The position numbers and the translations under genes are program-made. A stretch of DNA of 56,416 bases from positions 1-56,416 of IMG/VR virus record IMGVR_UViG_3300021440_000005, one strand, 5' to 3'. Below the pieces are notes generated by a model that worked only from the letters and a program-made list of their open reading frames with translations, was not told where the DNA came from and made no database searches. This document shows positions 21,068 through 31,055 of this stretch, one piece after another; the first letter of the stretch is position 1, and every line of letters begins with the position of its first letter. Source of the DNA: a virus. Taxonomy: Duplodnaviria; Caudoviricetes.

Positions 21068-21457
21068 ATGATACCCCCTATTGATCTTTCAGAAGATGAG
21101 ATTTGTATTTTATTTATTGGTCACCTTGAAGATCTGAAACGAATGAATTTATTGGATTTTATGTACCTTCATATTCCTAATGAAATCTCATCAAATAAAA
21201 ACCCATTTTTTGGCAAAAAACTTAAACGCATGGGGAAAATTAACGGCGCGGCTGATTATTTGATAGCTTGGGAAGGAGGGTATGGATTTATTGAATTTAA
21301 GACCCAAAAGGGTAAGCAAAACGATTCTCAAAAACAATTTGAGAAGGATTGCAAAGCCATGAATATTAAATATGAAATAGCCCGTAGCGTGAGTGATGGT
21401 ATAAAAATACTAAGAGATTGGGGACTTCTTAAGCTAGTTAACTTCAACATTTGCTGA
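21068..21457 (+). CDS. VRR-NUC family nuclease
   Basis: HIPNE...KRMG...GAADY...FIEFKT.KGKQ.DSQK (PD-(D/E)xK). Confidence 0.85.
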   Translation: MIPPIDLSEDEICILFIGHLEDLKRMNLLDFMYLHIPNEISSNKNPFFGKKLKRMGKINGAADYLIAWEGGYGFIEFKTQKGKQNDSQKQFEKDCKAMNIKYEIARSVSDGIKILRDWGLLKLVNFNIC

Positions 21458-22093
21458 TCGATCAGTTCTATTCATTAAATCGGTATTCAATGTATCTTGA
21501 ATAGCTTGAGCTAAAGTTTCTTTGTAAAAGTTAATATAATATGAGTCTTTAAGATAAATATACATTTGTAGTAACGCACCGTAAGACAACACATCCATTA
21601 ATCTTTGGGTAAAGTAATTTGACTGGTTAGTAGGACTTAATGGCTGATATAATTCGTGGAAAATGAATTGAAACCCAAATCCATCATAATTTGGTGAAAG
21701 ATCTACCGGTGTAGGTGTTACAAATAGAGTGTTAACGTCTAGCTCGGAATAATCAGAGGGAATTCCATTAGCTTCATTGGTTGAAGTTACACTTTGGGCA
21801 TATTCATTCAAACGATAAGTTAAAACATGAGCTTCGTTCGAACTTCTTGGGTCATAGAATGTTAGAGAAATAGGTCGAATATACAAATTGGGTAGCTGAA
21901 TAGTCGATTGTCCTTGTCCCCAGGTGCCAATTAAAATTTTCTGCGTTCCAAAAATATTTAATCTTCTAGATAGATCTAATTGTGCAAGCAGAATGAAGTT
22001 TGGCATTTGATCAATCAAATCGGTGTCATTTGGTCTTGCAGAGATCTTGGTCATATAATCGACCAACCCATCATATGTATAAAGAGGGATCAA
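21434..22093 (-). CDS. Head-tail adaptor / tail tubular protein A-like
   Basis: TYDGL....FILLAQ..LSRRL, PTP and DVLSYGAL motifs. Confidence 0.7.
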   Translation of the reverse strand: MIPLYTYDGLVDYMTKISARPNDTDLIDQMPNFILLAQLDLSRRLNIFGTQKILIGTWGQGQSTIQLPNLYIRPISLTFYDPRSSNEAHVLTYRLNEYAQSVTSTNEANGIPSDYSELDVNTLFVTPTPVDLSPNYDGFGFQFIFHELYQPLSPTNQSNYFTQRLMDVLSYGALLQMYIYLKDSYYINFYKETLAQAIQDTLNTDLMNRTDRSANVEVN

Positions 22094-22761
22094 TTAGTTA
22101 TCCTCAAATTAATATAAAAACTAATAGGAGGCGGAGAGGGCGAGATAATATTAGCCCCAATTGAATATCCCGCAGGAAGAAAAAAAGAAATTGTTTTTTC
22201 CGGGTCGGTTGTAGTTGGAGAAATAAATTTAGCAACCGTCAAAAATTTCGTAGGGTTTGTAATGTAAATTTCAACAGGAACTGGTCCGGATAAAATACTT
22301 AGGTTTTTAACAAGATATGAATTAGTTTGACTGGCAAGAAGAGTAATATTTCCTGCTCCAGTGGGGGAAATTAAACCTCCATAAGTTGTTGAACCCGCCA
22401 AGATATTTTGTTGTACAAATTGATAATCAATTTTTATATTAATTACGTTACCTGTTGGAGCAATCGTTAAAACTTGTAACCGACCTACAGGTGATAAAAT
22501 CAGCGGATTATCAAAATTGTTCAATAACAAAGTTGTGCCGGTAGGATCGTTTACAGAAAATAAAGATATTGTCGTAGTAGCTGGTACATAGTTTAATTTA
22601 ACGGTAGTATTTGCATCTGTAGCGTTGCTTGCATATACGGATCTAATAATTAGAACTTTTGCCGCATCATACCCGGCTAGACTGTTGATTTGAATGTTTA
22701 CAGTATCAACATCATTGTTATTCACTTGCGTATGTGCAATTGTTCTATTAAAAAATGCCAT
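22090..22761 (-). CDS. Hypothetical virion protein
   Basis: 223 aa beta-rich ORF in the structural operon. Confidence 0.5.
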   Translation of the reverse strand: MAFFNRTIAHTQVNNNDVDTVNIQINSLAGYDAAKVLIIRSVYASNATDANTTVKLNYVPATTTISLFSVNDPTGTTLLLNNFDNPLILSPVGRLQVLTIAPTGNVINIKIDYQFVQQNILAGSTTYGGLISPTGAGNITLLASQTNSYLVKNLSILSGPVPVEIYITNPTKFLTVAKFISPTTTDPEKTISFFLPAGYSIGANIISPSPPPISFYINLRITN

Positions 22762-23033
22762 TAGTCTAATGTCCCTCTAGGAAAAGGTCTTGCGTTCATT
22801 ACTGGTCTTGGATCACGGAATATGCGTGGTGTTTTACCAACTGGGTTTGGGATATCAACGTGGTCTTTATGGGCTAATAAACCTGTATTAACTAATGCAT
22901 TTCCTGCCCATTGGTAAACTGGACGTAAGTCTTTATGTAGACATATCATGCCAGTTAAGTCGCACTGAGCGGATGGGGAAAAATTATCCATTGTAACGGA
23001 TATTTTTGATGGACCGAAAATAGAGAAGCTCAT
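22761..23033 (-). CDS. Conserved phage hypothetical protein
   Basis: 90 aa; CD.TG...DP.PV.NARP pattern. Confidence 0.6.
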   Translation of the reverse strand: MSFSIFGPSKISVTMDNFSPSAQCDLTGMICLHKDLRPVYQWAGNALVNTGLLAHKDHVDIPNPVGKTPRIFRDPRPVMNARPFPRGTLD

Positions 23034-23069
23034 TTTTTTTCTTATTATTTTATTAAAGTATAATCTTTT

Positions 23070-24176
23070 TTAACTTGGATATGAAGGCTTTTGAATCTTT
23101 AAACCTCCAAGATCATTGTTGCTTAGCTTAGCTTTTTGGAATTCCATCTCTGCTATGCCCATCAAAACTTGAGCCTGGTCAGCTCTTGATGATTTCAAAG
23201 CTAATTTATAAGCAAGTTCATATTCCAGGGCAGGAATAAATAACCGATTTATAGGTATTTCATCGCTTAAAAAGTTAACTGTTAATGGATATTTCACTGC
23301 TCGCATTAAACCAAAGTTATTATAGTTCGCTTCATTCGCATAATCTTGAATCAAAGGGAGGTCGGATGGTGCTTGATAAATATTAACAATAATATTTTGC
23401 TTCTGCTTTTCCAAAGAATAAAGAGTTGGGGAAGATTTATTTTCTCTTGCAGACAATTGCATATACGCTGATCGACCAATATTTGATCGATATATACTCT
23501 GTATATACTGTTCAAAATATAGTTCCCTTATATTCAGTGTGTTGCCCCCAATCTCACGTATTTGAAGATACTTAAATGCTTGAGGCTGATTGATTTGAAA
23601 CCATTGAGTTGAAAGTTGCGAAGGGAAACCTATAAATTTGGTAGGGCGATCCATTTTATAAAGCGTTAACCAATTAGTCTGGTCGTTTGAACCCTCTAAA
23701 ACTAATTGATATTCCGTATCTTTCGCGGAACATACTCCGAAAAAATCCGATTTATACGGACCATCATCCCAGTTAAAGTTTATTCCAATTGTTCCATTTG
23801 GTGAAGTTTGCTCGCAAGAAGTGGTGATGTTCTCATCGAAGGCAGCGGCCGGACTGCCCCCCGCTGACGAATACGGTATACCAGACCTTCTTCTTCCAAG
23901 AGTTGCCAGGTTAAAGTCGTATACGTCGTAAAATCCATCTGGCAGTTCATATCGAATCAAACCATTCTGGAATTTTATTAATGTCTGTGTTTCGTTAAAT
24001 TGTATGACTCCTGAGTTAGCCCAACTCGAAAGAATACTATTAATTGAAAATAAAGCAGTTTTGATTAGAAACCCACCTATCTTTTCTGGTGGGATTCCAA
24101 TGAGCATGCATGATTGATCTATCAAATCACGCGCTTTAATCGAATTAAAGTTATTATTTGGGTTAACCAAAGCCAT
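23070..24176 (-). CDS. Adaptor-like virion protein with an inserted discoidin-like domain
   Basis: ILSSWAN.G N-terminus; AAAFDEN..T and LEGSND.TNW discoidin motifs; RLFIPALEYELAYKLA C-terminus. Confidence 0.6.
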   Translation of the reverse strand: MALVNPNNNFNSIKARDLIDQSCMLIGIPPEKIGGFLIKTALFSINSILSSWANSGVIQFNETQTLIKFQNGLIRYELPDGFYDVYDFNLATLGRRRSGIPYSSAGGSPAAAFDENITTSCEQTSPNGTIGINFNWDDGPYKSDFFGVCSAKDTEYQLVLEGSNDQTNWLTLYKMDRPTKFIGFPSQLSTQWFQINQPQAFKYLQIREIGGNTLNIRELYFEQYIQSIYRSNIGRSAYMQLSARENKSSPTLYSLEKQKQNIIVNIYQAPSDLPLIQDYANEANYNNFGLMRAVKYPLTVNFLSDEIPINRLFIPALEYELAYKLALKSSRADQAQVLMGIAEMEFQKAKLSNNDLGGLKIQKPSYPS

Positions 24177-24463
24177 TATTTACTTACTTTGCCGCCATTT
24201 CGTTTTACCATTCCTGCTTTGCAGTCCTTTTCCATCTTCCCACCATTAATATAATCTGGTGAAACCGAACCACCTTTTCGGAATTTCAAGATTTCCATCT
24301 TTCCACCGTTGTTTCCAAATGCATGGTTCATTTTATTGTTCAAATCTTTAACAAATGAACCACCACTTTCATCTGCACTGCAAATTGTTACTTTTTTCAT
24401 AGTCATTATGAGTCTCCTAATTGAATAAAGATTGTAAATTAATAGTATATGAAATTTCTGCAT
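24176..24463 (-). CDS. Small protein with repeated GG-(K/S)-(V/M) motifs (true start probably downstream)
   Basis: NGGKM twice, KGGSV, NGGKV. Confidence 0.55.
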   Translation of the reverse strand: MQKFHILLIYNLYSIRRLIMTMKKVTICSADESGGSFVKDLNNKMNHAFGNNGGKMEILKFRKGGSVSPDYINGGKMEKDCKAGMVKRNGGKVSK

Positions 24464-25139
24464 CCTGTGTTTCGATGTACAGGTAGAAATAGTTTACTGG
24501 TTGTTGATAGTAAAAAGGGCTCGTCATCGAAGTAGTGAGGTTTACGAGGCTCGCATCCAAAGGAAAAGGATTAAATTCAGAAGCAGTTGTTTTGGAGTTG
24601 ATATCCGATAACACTGAACCCTCAATTGTATACCGCGTCCCCCCAGTGTCAGTAGATAAAGTAACAAAATGAGAAGATTTGGCTCCATTCGATAATGCGA
24701 TAGCCGTTTGACCTTTCGCGGCGAATCCAATACTAAACGAAGGGATCGCTACAAAATTAGACGCATACACACCATTTAACCCCGTATAGGCATTCACTGA
24801 CTGAACGATAGTATCTCCTGCTACTATGGTTATTTCTTCCGTGATTGGTTGCCCAAAAACATTAAATCCATCCAATACAACATTAAAATTATCTACATAA
24901 GCAGCTCCTAAAGTAATAGTAACGTTTCTTGCATTACATATTTCTCCATCAATCGAAGGTGTAGGAACGATTAGATTTACTGGAGAAATAAATGGATACC
25001 CAGTCAATGTCTGGTTTGTTGGATATATTGAAATACCATTTGCAAAGAATGTTGGATTAGCAATCGGATAAGTGTAGCGATTACTAATTATATAATTATA
25101 CATTAGAAGCCTCCCAATTAGTTGAGATTGGGGGTGCAC
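24417..25139 (-). CDS. Virion structural protein, paralogue family member 4
   Basis: ARNVTIT...LDGFNVFGQPITEEI motif. Confidence 0.55.
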   Translation of the reverse strand: MHPQSQLIGRLLMYNYIISNRYTYPIANPTFFANGISIYPTNQTLTGYPFISPVNLIVPTPSIDGEICNARNVTITLGAAYVDNFNVVLDGFNVFGQPITEEITIVAGDTIVQSVNAYTGLNGVYASNFVAIPSFSIGFAAKGQTAIALSNGAKSSHFVTLSTDTGGTRYTIEGSVLSDINSKTTASEFNPFPLDASLVNLTTSMTSPFYYQQPVNYFYLYIETQDAEISYTINLQSLFN

Positions 25140-26172
25140 CTATGACAACAGGAGGATAATTGGAAAGAACTGATACGCCAGGTTCCTCTGTTCCGTCTTG
25201 AGGTATGTTTTGATCTAGCCAATATTTTGGTAAAGACGTTCCGAATCCGAACACATTTTGGACTACAGTTAGATAGAAATCATTCAATTGTTCTTCTGTT
25301 ATTTTCCCAGATTGAAGCAATGAGATCACAATTTGGGATGGATTAACTATAGGTCTAGGATTGTTTACAGGAGCGGAAAGCTGAACTAAAGGATTTGTGA
25401 TAAATGCTCCACCTAACCCTGTCGGAGTGAAATATTCAGCGTTGCTTGCAGGAGCACCTGTATAACAAGGAAAGTTAAAATTATTTAACTGTTCTTGTGC
25501 AGTAGGGGTTGATCTCCTCATGGCTAAATTCATAGTCATAAGATTTGCAGATGTACCAAGATTATAATACGGCAGTTCTACTGAACCCCAAATTCCTACA
25601 TACAGATTATATGGAGTGGTATCATTATTAGTAATTCTTAATTGATAAAGATCATAAACACATATCGGGGAAACCCAGACGCCATTTGCCGCGATTGAAA
25701 TATTGTTTATATTTAATGTGCCATATTGACCATAGCGATCTATATAAGAAATTTTAATTTGTATGTTGTCTACGTTAACCCGAGAGGTTATGAATAGTTG
25801 GGTTGGGTTAGCAAACCTTAAAAATGAGTTTTCGCTATTAGCAAAATATTGTGTATAGCTTACTCCAGAAGAATTAGCTGGAGATATATATTTTGATAAA
25901 GGGAATTCTGATGTGGCTCCTGCACCCACAATCAATTCGTTAGAAGAATACGTCGTAATATTCAATACATCAGATGCGCAAACCCAATTTACTGTTGGAA
26001 TTGCTTGTCCGATCCCTACTCCTTGGTTTACACCGAATTTTCCAGGTAAAGCAAAATCACCAGAACTTACATATCCTTCAGAAGTATTTGTTCCGACATT
26101 TGCTGTAGAATCGATAATGGAATCTAAAGCTGAATTACTGAAAATTTGACTCATTGTGACCAACCTTTCCAA
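25096..26172 (-). CDS. Virion structural protein, paralogue family member 3
   Basis: PTQLFIT...ISYIDRYGQ...ELPY..L...PRP motifs. Confidence 0.55.
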   Translation of the reverse strand: MERLVTMSQIFSNSALDSIIDSTANVGTNTSEGYVSSGDFALPGKFGVNQGVGIGQAIPTVNWVCASDVLNITTYSSNELIVGAGATSEFPLSKYISPANSSGVSYTQYFANSENSFLRFANPTQLFITSRVNVDNIQIKISYIDRYGQYGTLNINNISIAANGVWVSPICVYDLYQLRITNNDTTPYNLYVGIWGSVELPYYNLGTSANLMTMNLAMRRSTPTAQEQLNNFNFPCYTGAPASNAEYFTPTGLGGAFITNPLVQLSAPVNNPRPIVNPSQIVISLLQSGKITEEQLNDFYLTVVQNVFGFGTSLPKYWLDQNIPQDGTEEPGVSVLSNYPPVVIGAPPISTNWEASNV

Positions 26173-27146
26173 TTAGTAACATTGTTTTGTCTACCGTATA
26201 CTGAAAATACGGAGGCTCCAAAGACAGGCGCATCATCCCCAACATACGCTCCATTAATTAATTGGTTATCGATGGGGTAGGTTTCTGTTTGGAAGGTATT
26301 TAATTGTTCAACCGTATTATCGATACCCCATATAATTTGAGTTACAACACTGTTGGATGGAGAACTTTGATTATTTGGACTCATTAGAAGCAAAGGCCTA
26401 GGACGACCCTCAAAATATCCAACATTCTTATTCCATGAAGCAGGGTAATAATTTAGGGTAGAAAAAAGAGTTTCAGAAGAAAATTCAACATCTTCTACAG
26501 CTTGTGGTCCGAGAAAGTCAGGAGTACTAGTTCTTTCCCGTGTAACAGAGATTAAATTTCCCGAATAACTACAATCAGTATAAAGTAGTTCGGCATAACC
26601 TGAAGTAGATAGTATGAAAGTACAATCATCTGCAAGAGGTGCTGCTAACTCGATTTCTGCATGTGTTAGGATAAATATGCCGCTATCAATTAATAATGTT
26701 TCAAGTCCTGTAGAAGTGAATGTTCTTCCAAAGGATATTTGGTTATAGAATCGGTCGAAACCACTAATATTAATTGTAAAAACAACAGCCGCGGAAACAC
26801 TAACTTCTAAAGCTCTGGGATAATCAAACTTTATCCCTTTTACATTGTTTTGTATTTGAATTGGATTAGCGAAGTCAGTGAATGGAAAAATTCCTGTAGA
26901 GGTTTCAGGCAGCCCTAAAGTTGATAGTTCAGATTTTCCCAATAAATTAATAGGATAACTCTGAACTAAACCCGAAGGAATACCAGAGTTAGGAAATGAC
27001 GTGGGAGATACATTTCCTTCGCGAATACCGTCCGGACGGTTAGTTCCTGAGAACGAATATGAATTTATTAAGTAGTCGATTTGATTTTGTTCCATTTTTT
27101 TATCCCTGCCAATCCACCCATCCAACCGAATATGGCTCTTCACCAA
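26151..27146 (-). CDS. Virion structural protein, paralogue family member 2
   Basis: YPRALEVS...ISGFDRFYNQI...ELLY...RPRP motifs. Confidence 0.55.
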   Translation of the reverse strand: MVKSHIRLDGWIGRDKKMEQNQIDYLINSYSFSGTNRPDGIREGNVSPTSFPNSGIPSGLVQSYPINLLGKSELSTLGLPETSTGIFPFTDFANPIQIQNNVKGIKFDYPRALEVSVSAAVVFTINISGFDRFYNQISFGRTFTSTGLETLLIDSGIFILTHAEIELAAPLADDCTFILSTSGYAELLYTDCSYSGNLISVTRERTSTPDFLGPQAVEDVEFSSETLFSTLNYYPASWNKNVGYFEGRPRPLLLMSPNNQSSPSNSVVTQIIWGIDNTVEQLNTFQTETYPIDNQLINGAYVGDDAPVFGASVFSVYGRQNNVTNWKGWSQ

Positions 27147-27981
27147 TAACTTTCGTTATATCGTTCGGAAATGGGTCTGTACTTGTAATTGGGTTAGAGT
27201 TAAAGCTCCAACCGGCGCCCGAAACTGCCATCCAGACAGTGAGAGGGAAAGTTACGTCATCTGGATTTGCTTCCAAATTTAACCTTGGTCTAAGTAAATT
27301 AGATGTTAAGGTTACTGGATTAGCTGGATTTGGTGAATCGGGTCTTCCATCTGTACCTAAACTAAACTGAGTTTCATATGGAGTTGCTGACTGAGCAAAA
27401 AGGTATAGATTCGGCCTTGTAGCATCACTCATAGAAATTAATCTTACGTTTTCCCCTTGATTTGTGAATGGGAAGTCATAATACCCTTTTACAGTTACTG
27501 TTACAGTTAAAGGGAAAACATCTGACTCAATATAAATCGCAGTTATACTTCTGTATGGGCGAAGAATTGATGGATCTCCTCCAATCGAAGTGGCTAAAGA
27601 ACCTTGTGTGGTCATTTTTCTGTTGTAAAATTCATAACCAGATACAGTTGCAAAAGAGTTCGTGGTCGCTTCTGGAGCAGAGATTGAAATACACCTTGGT
27701 ACGTTAAGCTCTAAAAGATTATTCGCAATTGCAGAAACAGGATTTGTAATAAAATTAGATGCAATTGGGACGTATCCATTTGCATTCATTGTAACCGTAA
27801 CGACATTTACAGCAGTATTTATAACTCCATCAAAAGTATATGGACGCGGTGAGCCCACGCCAACTCCCATTGACGTCCAAGCACCAGGCGTTTGGAAATT
27901 ACCGACACTCAAACCCTGGATATAATCAGTTCCAGGGTTATCGTTTAAATCAATTATCATATCAATGGGATTGACAGCCAT
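27100..27981 (-). CDS. Virion structural protein, paralogue family member 1 (decoration-like)
   Basis: VPRCISIS...VSGYEFYNRKMT...DFPF...RPR motifs; directly after the capsid gene. Confidence 0.55.
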   Translation of the reverse strand: MAVNPIDMIIDLNDNPGTDYIQGLSVGNFQTPGAWTSMGVGVGSPRPYTFDGVINTAVNVVTVTMNANGYVPIASNFITNPVSAIANNLLELNVPRCISISAPEATTNSFATVSGYEFYNRKMTTQGSLATSIGGDPSILRPYRSITAIYIESDVFPLTVTVTVKGYYDFPFTNQGENVRLISMSDATRPNLYLFAQSATPYETQFSLGTDGRPDSPNPANPVTLTSNLLRPRLNLEANPDDVTFPLTVWMAVSGAGWSFNSNPITSTDPFPNDITKVIGEEPYSVGWVDWQG

Positions 27982-27989
27982 TTTAACTC

Positions 27990-28913
27990 CTAACCTAAGT
28001 TTTCGACTAAAGGTGCACGCGCGGCGTACATTGATCGCCAGTTGTCGAAACTTATTACCAAACGCATAAATGAGGAAATAATTAGTGACCAGTTTTGTGG
28101 ATCTGGAGCCTGCAACGTTTTCAAAGTTTCGCGCATATATTCCTTGAATCCAATAATTCGTGTTCTGAAGAAATAACCATTAGGAATGATGAAACGGTTA
28201 GATTGAATTCCTTCTTTTGCATACTGCAATTCGTTAGCAGGGTTCAACTCGAAAGACGAAGTACCAGGCTTAGTTACTGAGTTCATTACTACTGTGGCTT
28301 GAGGAAGCATTGGAGGAGCAACGATTAAAAGTTTAAAGTGGTTTTCAGGAACTGGCATACCATTTGCAGCTTTCAGATACCAAAGTCTGCTCATCAATTT
28401 GTTCAAAGATTGCATATGAAGTGGTGAAGCATAAGGTAGAGTATTTGATTGAACGCCGTCAGCAATCGGGTGTACTTCAGAGAAGTAAGGTAAATTGTCC
28501 CAGCCAACTGTTGCATTTGTCCAACCTTCGTTTAAGACTTTTGCAGCTAATAAATTCTGTCGCAAAATATGACTTTGCATAAATGCTGTACCGTAAGCTG
28601 GCGTCATTTGCTCACGATACAAGTTGTCTGCGATCTGCTCTTCTGTTGGAGCGATTTGTAAGGTGTATTTTTTAACATAAAAATATTTTTGTCCGCGACC
28701 TTGAATCGTGTCGGAATATGATGCAGCACCCTCTGGGGTATATTGCGAAGCACCCATCATGGCAATTTCCGAGGTTACCTCATATGAACGTTCCGTTCTT
28801 AACATATCGGTGAACGATTCGTATTCTTTGGCTACCGTAGGATATACGTCCGTAAAACTTTCGAAGCCTGGTTGCGTAAGAGCGATGATGGTACTTGTGG
28901 TAATTAACTTCAT
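27990..28913 (-). CDS. Major capsid protein
   Basis: 307 aa; ERSYE, PEG....D, TEEQIADNLY, AAKVLN.G, HP, LIVAPP and DNWRSMY motifs of HK97-fold capsids. Confidence 0.8.
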   Translation of the reverse strand: MKLITTSTIIALTQPGFESFTDVYPTVAKEYESFTDMLRTERSYEVTSEIAMMGASQYTPEGAASYSDTIQGRGQKYFYVKKYTLQIAPTEEQIADNLYREQMTPAYGTAFMQSHILRQNLLAAKVLNEGWTNATVGWDNLPYFSEVHPIADGVQSNTLPYASPLHMQSLNKLMSRLWYLKAANGMPVPENHFKLLIVAPPMLPQATVVMNSVTKPGTSSFELNPANELQYAKEGIQSNRFIIPNGYFFRTRIIGFKEYMRETLKTLQAPDPQNWSLIISSFMRLVISFDNWRSMYAARAPLVENLG

Positions 28914-28952
28914 TTGGTATTTCCTTTATTATTTTTTTTTTTAAATACTTAT

Positions 28953-29729
28953 TTAAGTTGTTAGAGGTTGTACTATGGTAAAAGATTGCGCGTTTGTTGC
29001 GTCAATTCTCACTTTAACCTGGGGGTTTATCACAGGATTTGAACTTGTGGAGTAATCGTCTGGGTTGACACATCCTATTAAACGGGCGGAAATACGCGTT
29101 CCGTTTCCTAAATCATCAAATGCATTTTGCCAGTAAACCCCTGACAATCCATCCACCGCTGTATTTCCCATCGGGAAAGCTAGACTATTAACGGGATTTG
29201 GAGTTGGACTATTTGGCACATCAGGCAAATTAACTTGATAGGTGTTTAATGAAATCAGTGGGCCTTTTGTAAGGATGTCCTGATATTCTACAATTACGCC
29301 TTCATCATTGACCCCACCTGCCTGAACCTGGAATACTCCTTGTAAATCAACGCGGACAACAGCCATCACTTGTGTTTCTGGTTCAATTAAAGTTCCAGGA
29401 ATGAAGTTTGTCGATTGTTTTATATATCCGGGTTGTCCCAAAGGTGTGTACTTGAAACCTTCAAAAACTCCTATAACTGGGGCATAAATCGTTTGAACTA
29501 CTCCCGTCGGAAGCGGATAAACATATCCAGTTGGAGCTTGTGGAACATAATTATTAAATGAGTCGGGTGGAACGGATGCAACGTAGAAGTTTAAAACTGC
29601 CACGTCTCCAGCAAACCCGTACCAACCTCCTGTTGTGGGGAATGGAAACTCTTCGACGCCAGATTGGGCTAATGAAGAGTTGGAATGGCTATATAGAGAT
29701 CGTAAGCCATAAGGTGAAAGAGCTGCCAT
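28953..29729 (-). CDS. Capsid-associated protein, copy B
   Basis: MAALSPYGLRSL...; close paralogue of the upstream gene. Confidence 0.6.
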   Translation of the reverse strand: MAALSPYGLRSLYSHSNSSLAQSGVEEFPFPTTGGWYGFAGDVAVLNFYVASVPPDSFNNYVPQAPTGYVYPLPTGVVQTIYAPVIGVFEGFKYTPLGQPGYIKQSTNFIPGTLIEPETQVMAVVRVDLQGVFQVQAGGVNDEGVIVEYQDILTKGPLISLNTYQVNLPDVPNSPTPNPVNSLAFPMGNTAVDGLSGVYWQNAFDDLGNGTRISARLIGCVNPDDYSTSSNPVINPQVKVRIDATNAQSFTIVQPLTT

Positions 29730-29753
29730 AGGTATAACCTTTCTTATTATTTT

Positions 29754-30542
29754 TTAAGAAGTTAGAGGTTGAACAATTGCAAAAGATTGAGCGTTGATCG
29801 CATCAATTCTTACTTTAACCTGTGGGTTATAAACAGTCTTAGAACTTGTGGTGTAATCATCGGGGTTTACACAACCAATTAAACGGAAAGGATATGTTAT
29901 TCCTAGTCCATTTGATTGAAACGGTAAGTTATTATCTGAATCAAAGTACAAACTTGACATTCCGTTTTCTCCAGTATTTCCCATCGGGAAAAGCAGAGCG
30001 TTCACTGGGTTTGGAGTTGGACTATTTGGCACATCTGGTAACGTCACTTGATAGTAGGCTAGCGCAGAAAGATAGGATTTTGTTAAAATATATGGTCTTT
30101 CAACGACTCCTTGGCCATCAGAACGCCCTGCTTGCACTTGGTATACACCTTGCATATCAACTCGAACCACAGCCATTACCTGCGTTCCAGGTTGAATTAA
30201 GGTTCCGGGAATGAAGTTTGTCGATTCTTTGATATAACCTGGCTGCCCAAGAGGGGTGTATTTAAATCCTTCGAATACACCGATAACTGGTGCATAAACC
30301 GTATTATTTTGACGTACAGTAGGATAAGGATAAACATATCCAGTTGGAGCTTGTGGAACATAATTATTAAATGGGTCGGCTGGAACGGATGCAACGTAGA
30401 AGTTTAAACATGCTACGTCTCCAGCGAATCCGTACCATCCTCCTGTTGTGGGGAATGGAAACTCTTCGACGCCAGATTGCGCTAAAGAAGAGTTAGAATG
30501 GCTATATAGAGAACGTAAGCCATAAGGGGCAAGAGCTGCCAT
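29754..30542 (-). CDS. Capsid-associated protein, copy A
   Basis: MAALAPYGLRSL...; tandem duplicate. Confidence 0.6.
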   Translation of the reverse strand: MAALAPYGLRSLYSHSNSSLAQSGVEEFPFPTTGGWYGFAGDVACLNFYVASVPADPFNNYVPQAPTGYVYPYPTVRQNNTVYAPVIGVFEGFKYTPLGQPGYIKESTNFIPGTLIQPGTQVMAVVRVDMQGVYQVQAGRSDGQGVVERPYILTKSYLSALAYYQVTLPDVPNSPTPNPVNALLFPMGNTGENGMSSLYFDSDNNLPFQSNGLGITYPFRLIGCVNPDDYTTSSKTVYNPQVKVRIDAINAQSFAIVQPLTS

Positions 30543-30782
30543 AGGTGTAACCTTTCTTATTATTTTTATATTATTTTAATTGTATCGAAAAAAAAGTTGA
30601 CGTGAAATAAAAAAAAGGACTACTACTTCGTTAACTTTTTTATTTTTATTTCGAAGTAAGTCGCCCTAGAAAGGTTTATTTGGCTGGATGAACCATCGCC
30701 ATATTAAGCATAGTAATTTAAAAGTTGTGTTACAACATAAATCGTGTAACTATTTTACGGGATATAAAAAAGATATAAAAAT

Positions 30783-30968
30783 ATGGCTTATATTATTGAA
30801 ATAATTGCTCTCGTTTATGTTTACTATTTAATCTTCAAATCGGTTGCACGAAAGTTAAAACTTCAACGGCGACGCAACTATTTGTACAATTTGACTATTA
30901 TTCCAAAAGGGTTAATAAAACGACATGATTTACCGTTTTCTGAAAATATTAAAATTAAAAATTATTAA
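30783..30968 (+). CDS. Small membrane protein
   Basis: Hydrophobic N-terminus and basic tail. Confidence 0.4.
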   Translation: MAYIIEIIALVYVYYLIFKSVARKLKLQRRRNYLYNLTIIPKGLIKRHDLPFSENIKIKNY

Positions 30969-31055
30969 ATTTTTTGAACGAAAAAAGTGTGAAACGAACC
31001 CCTTTAAATGCACGGGAAAAGTTAAACACCCCTATCAAAGAAATAAGAACAAACG

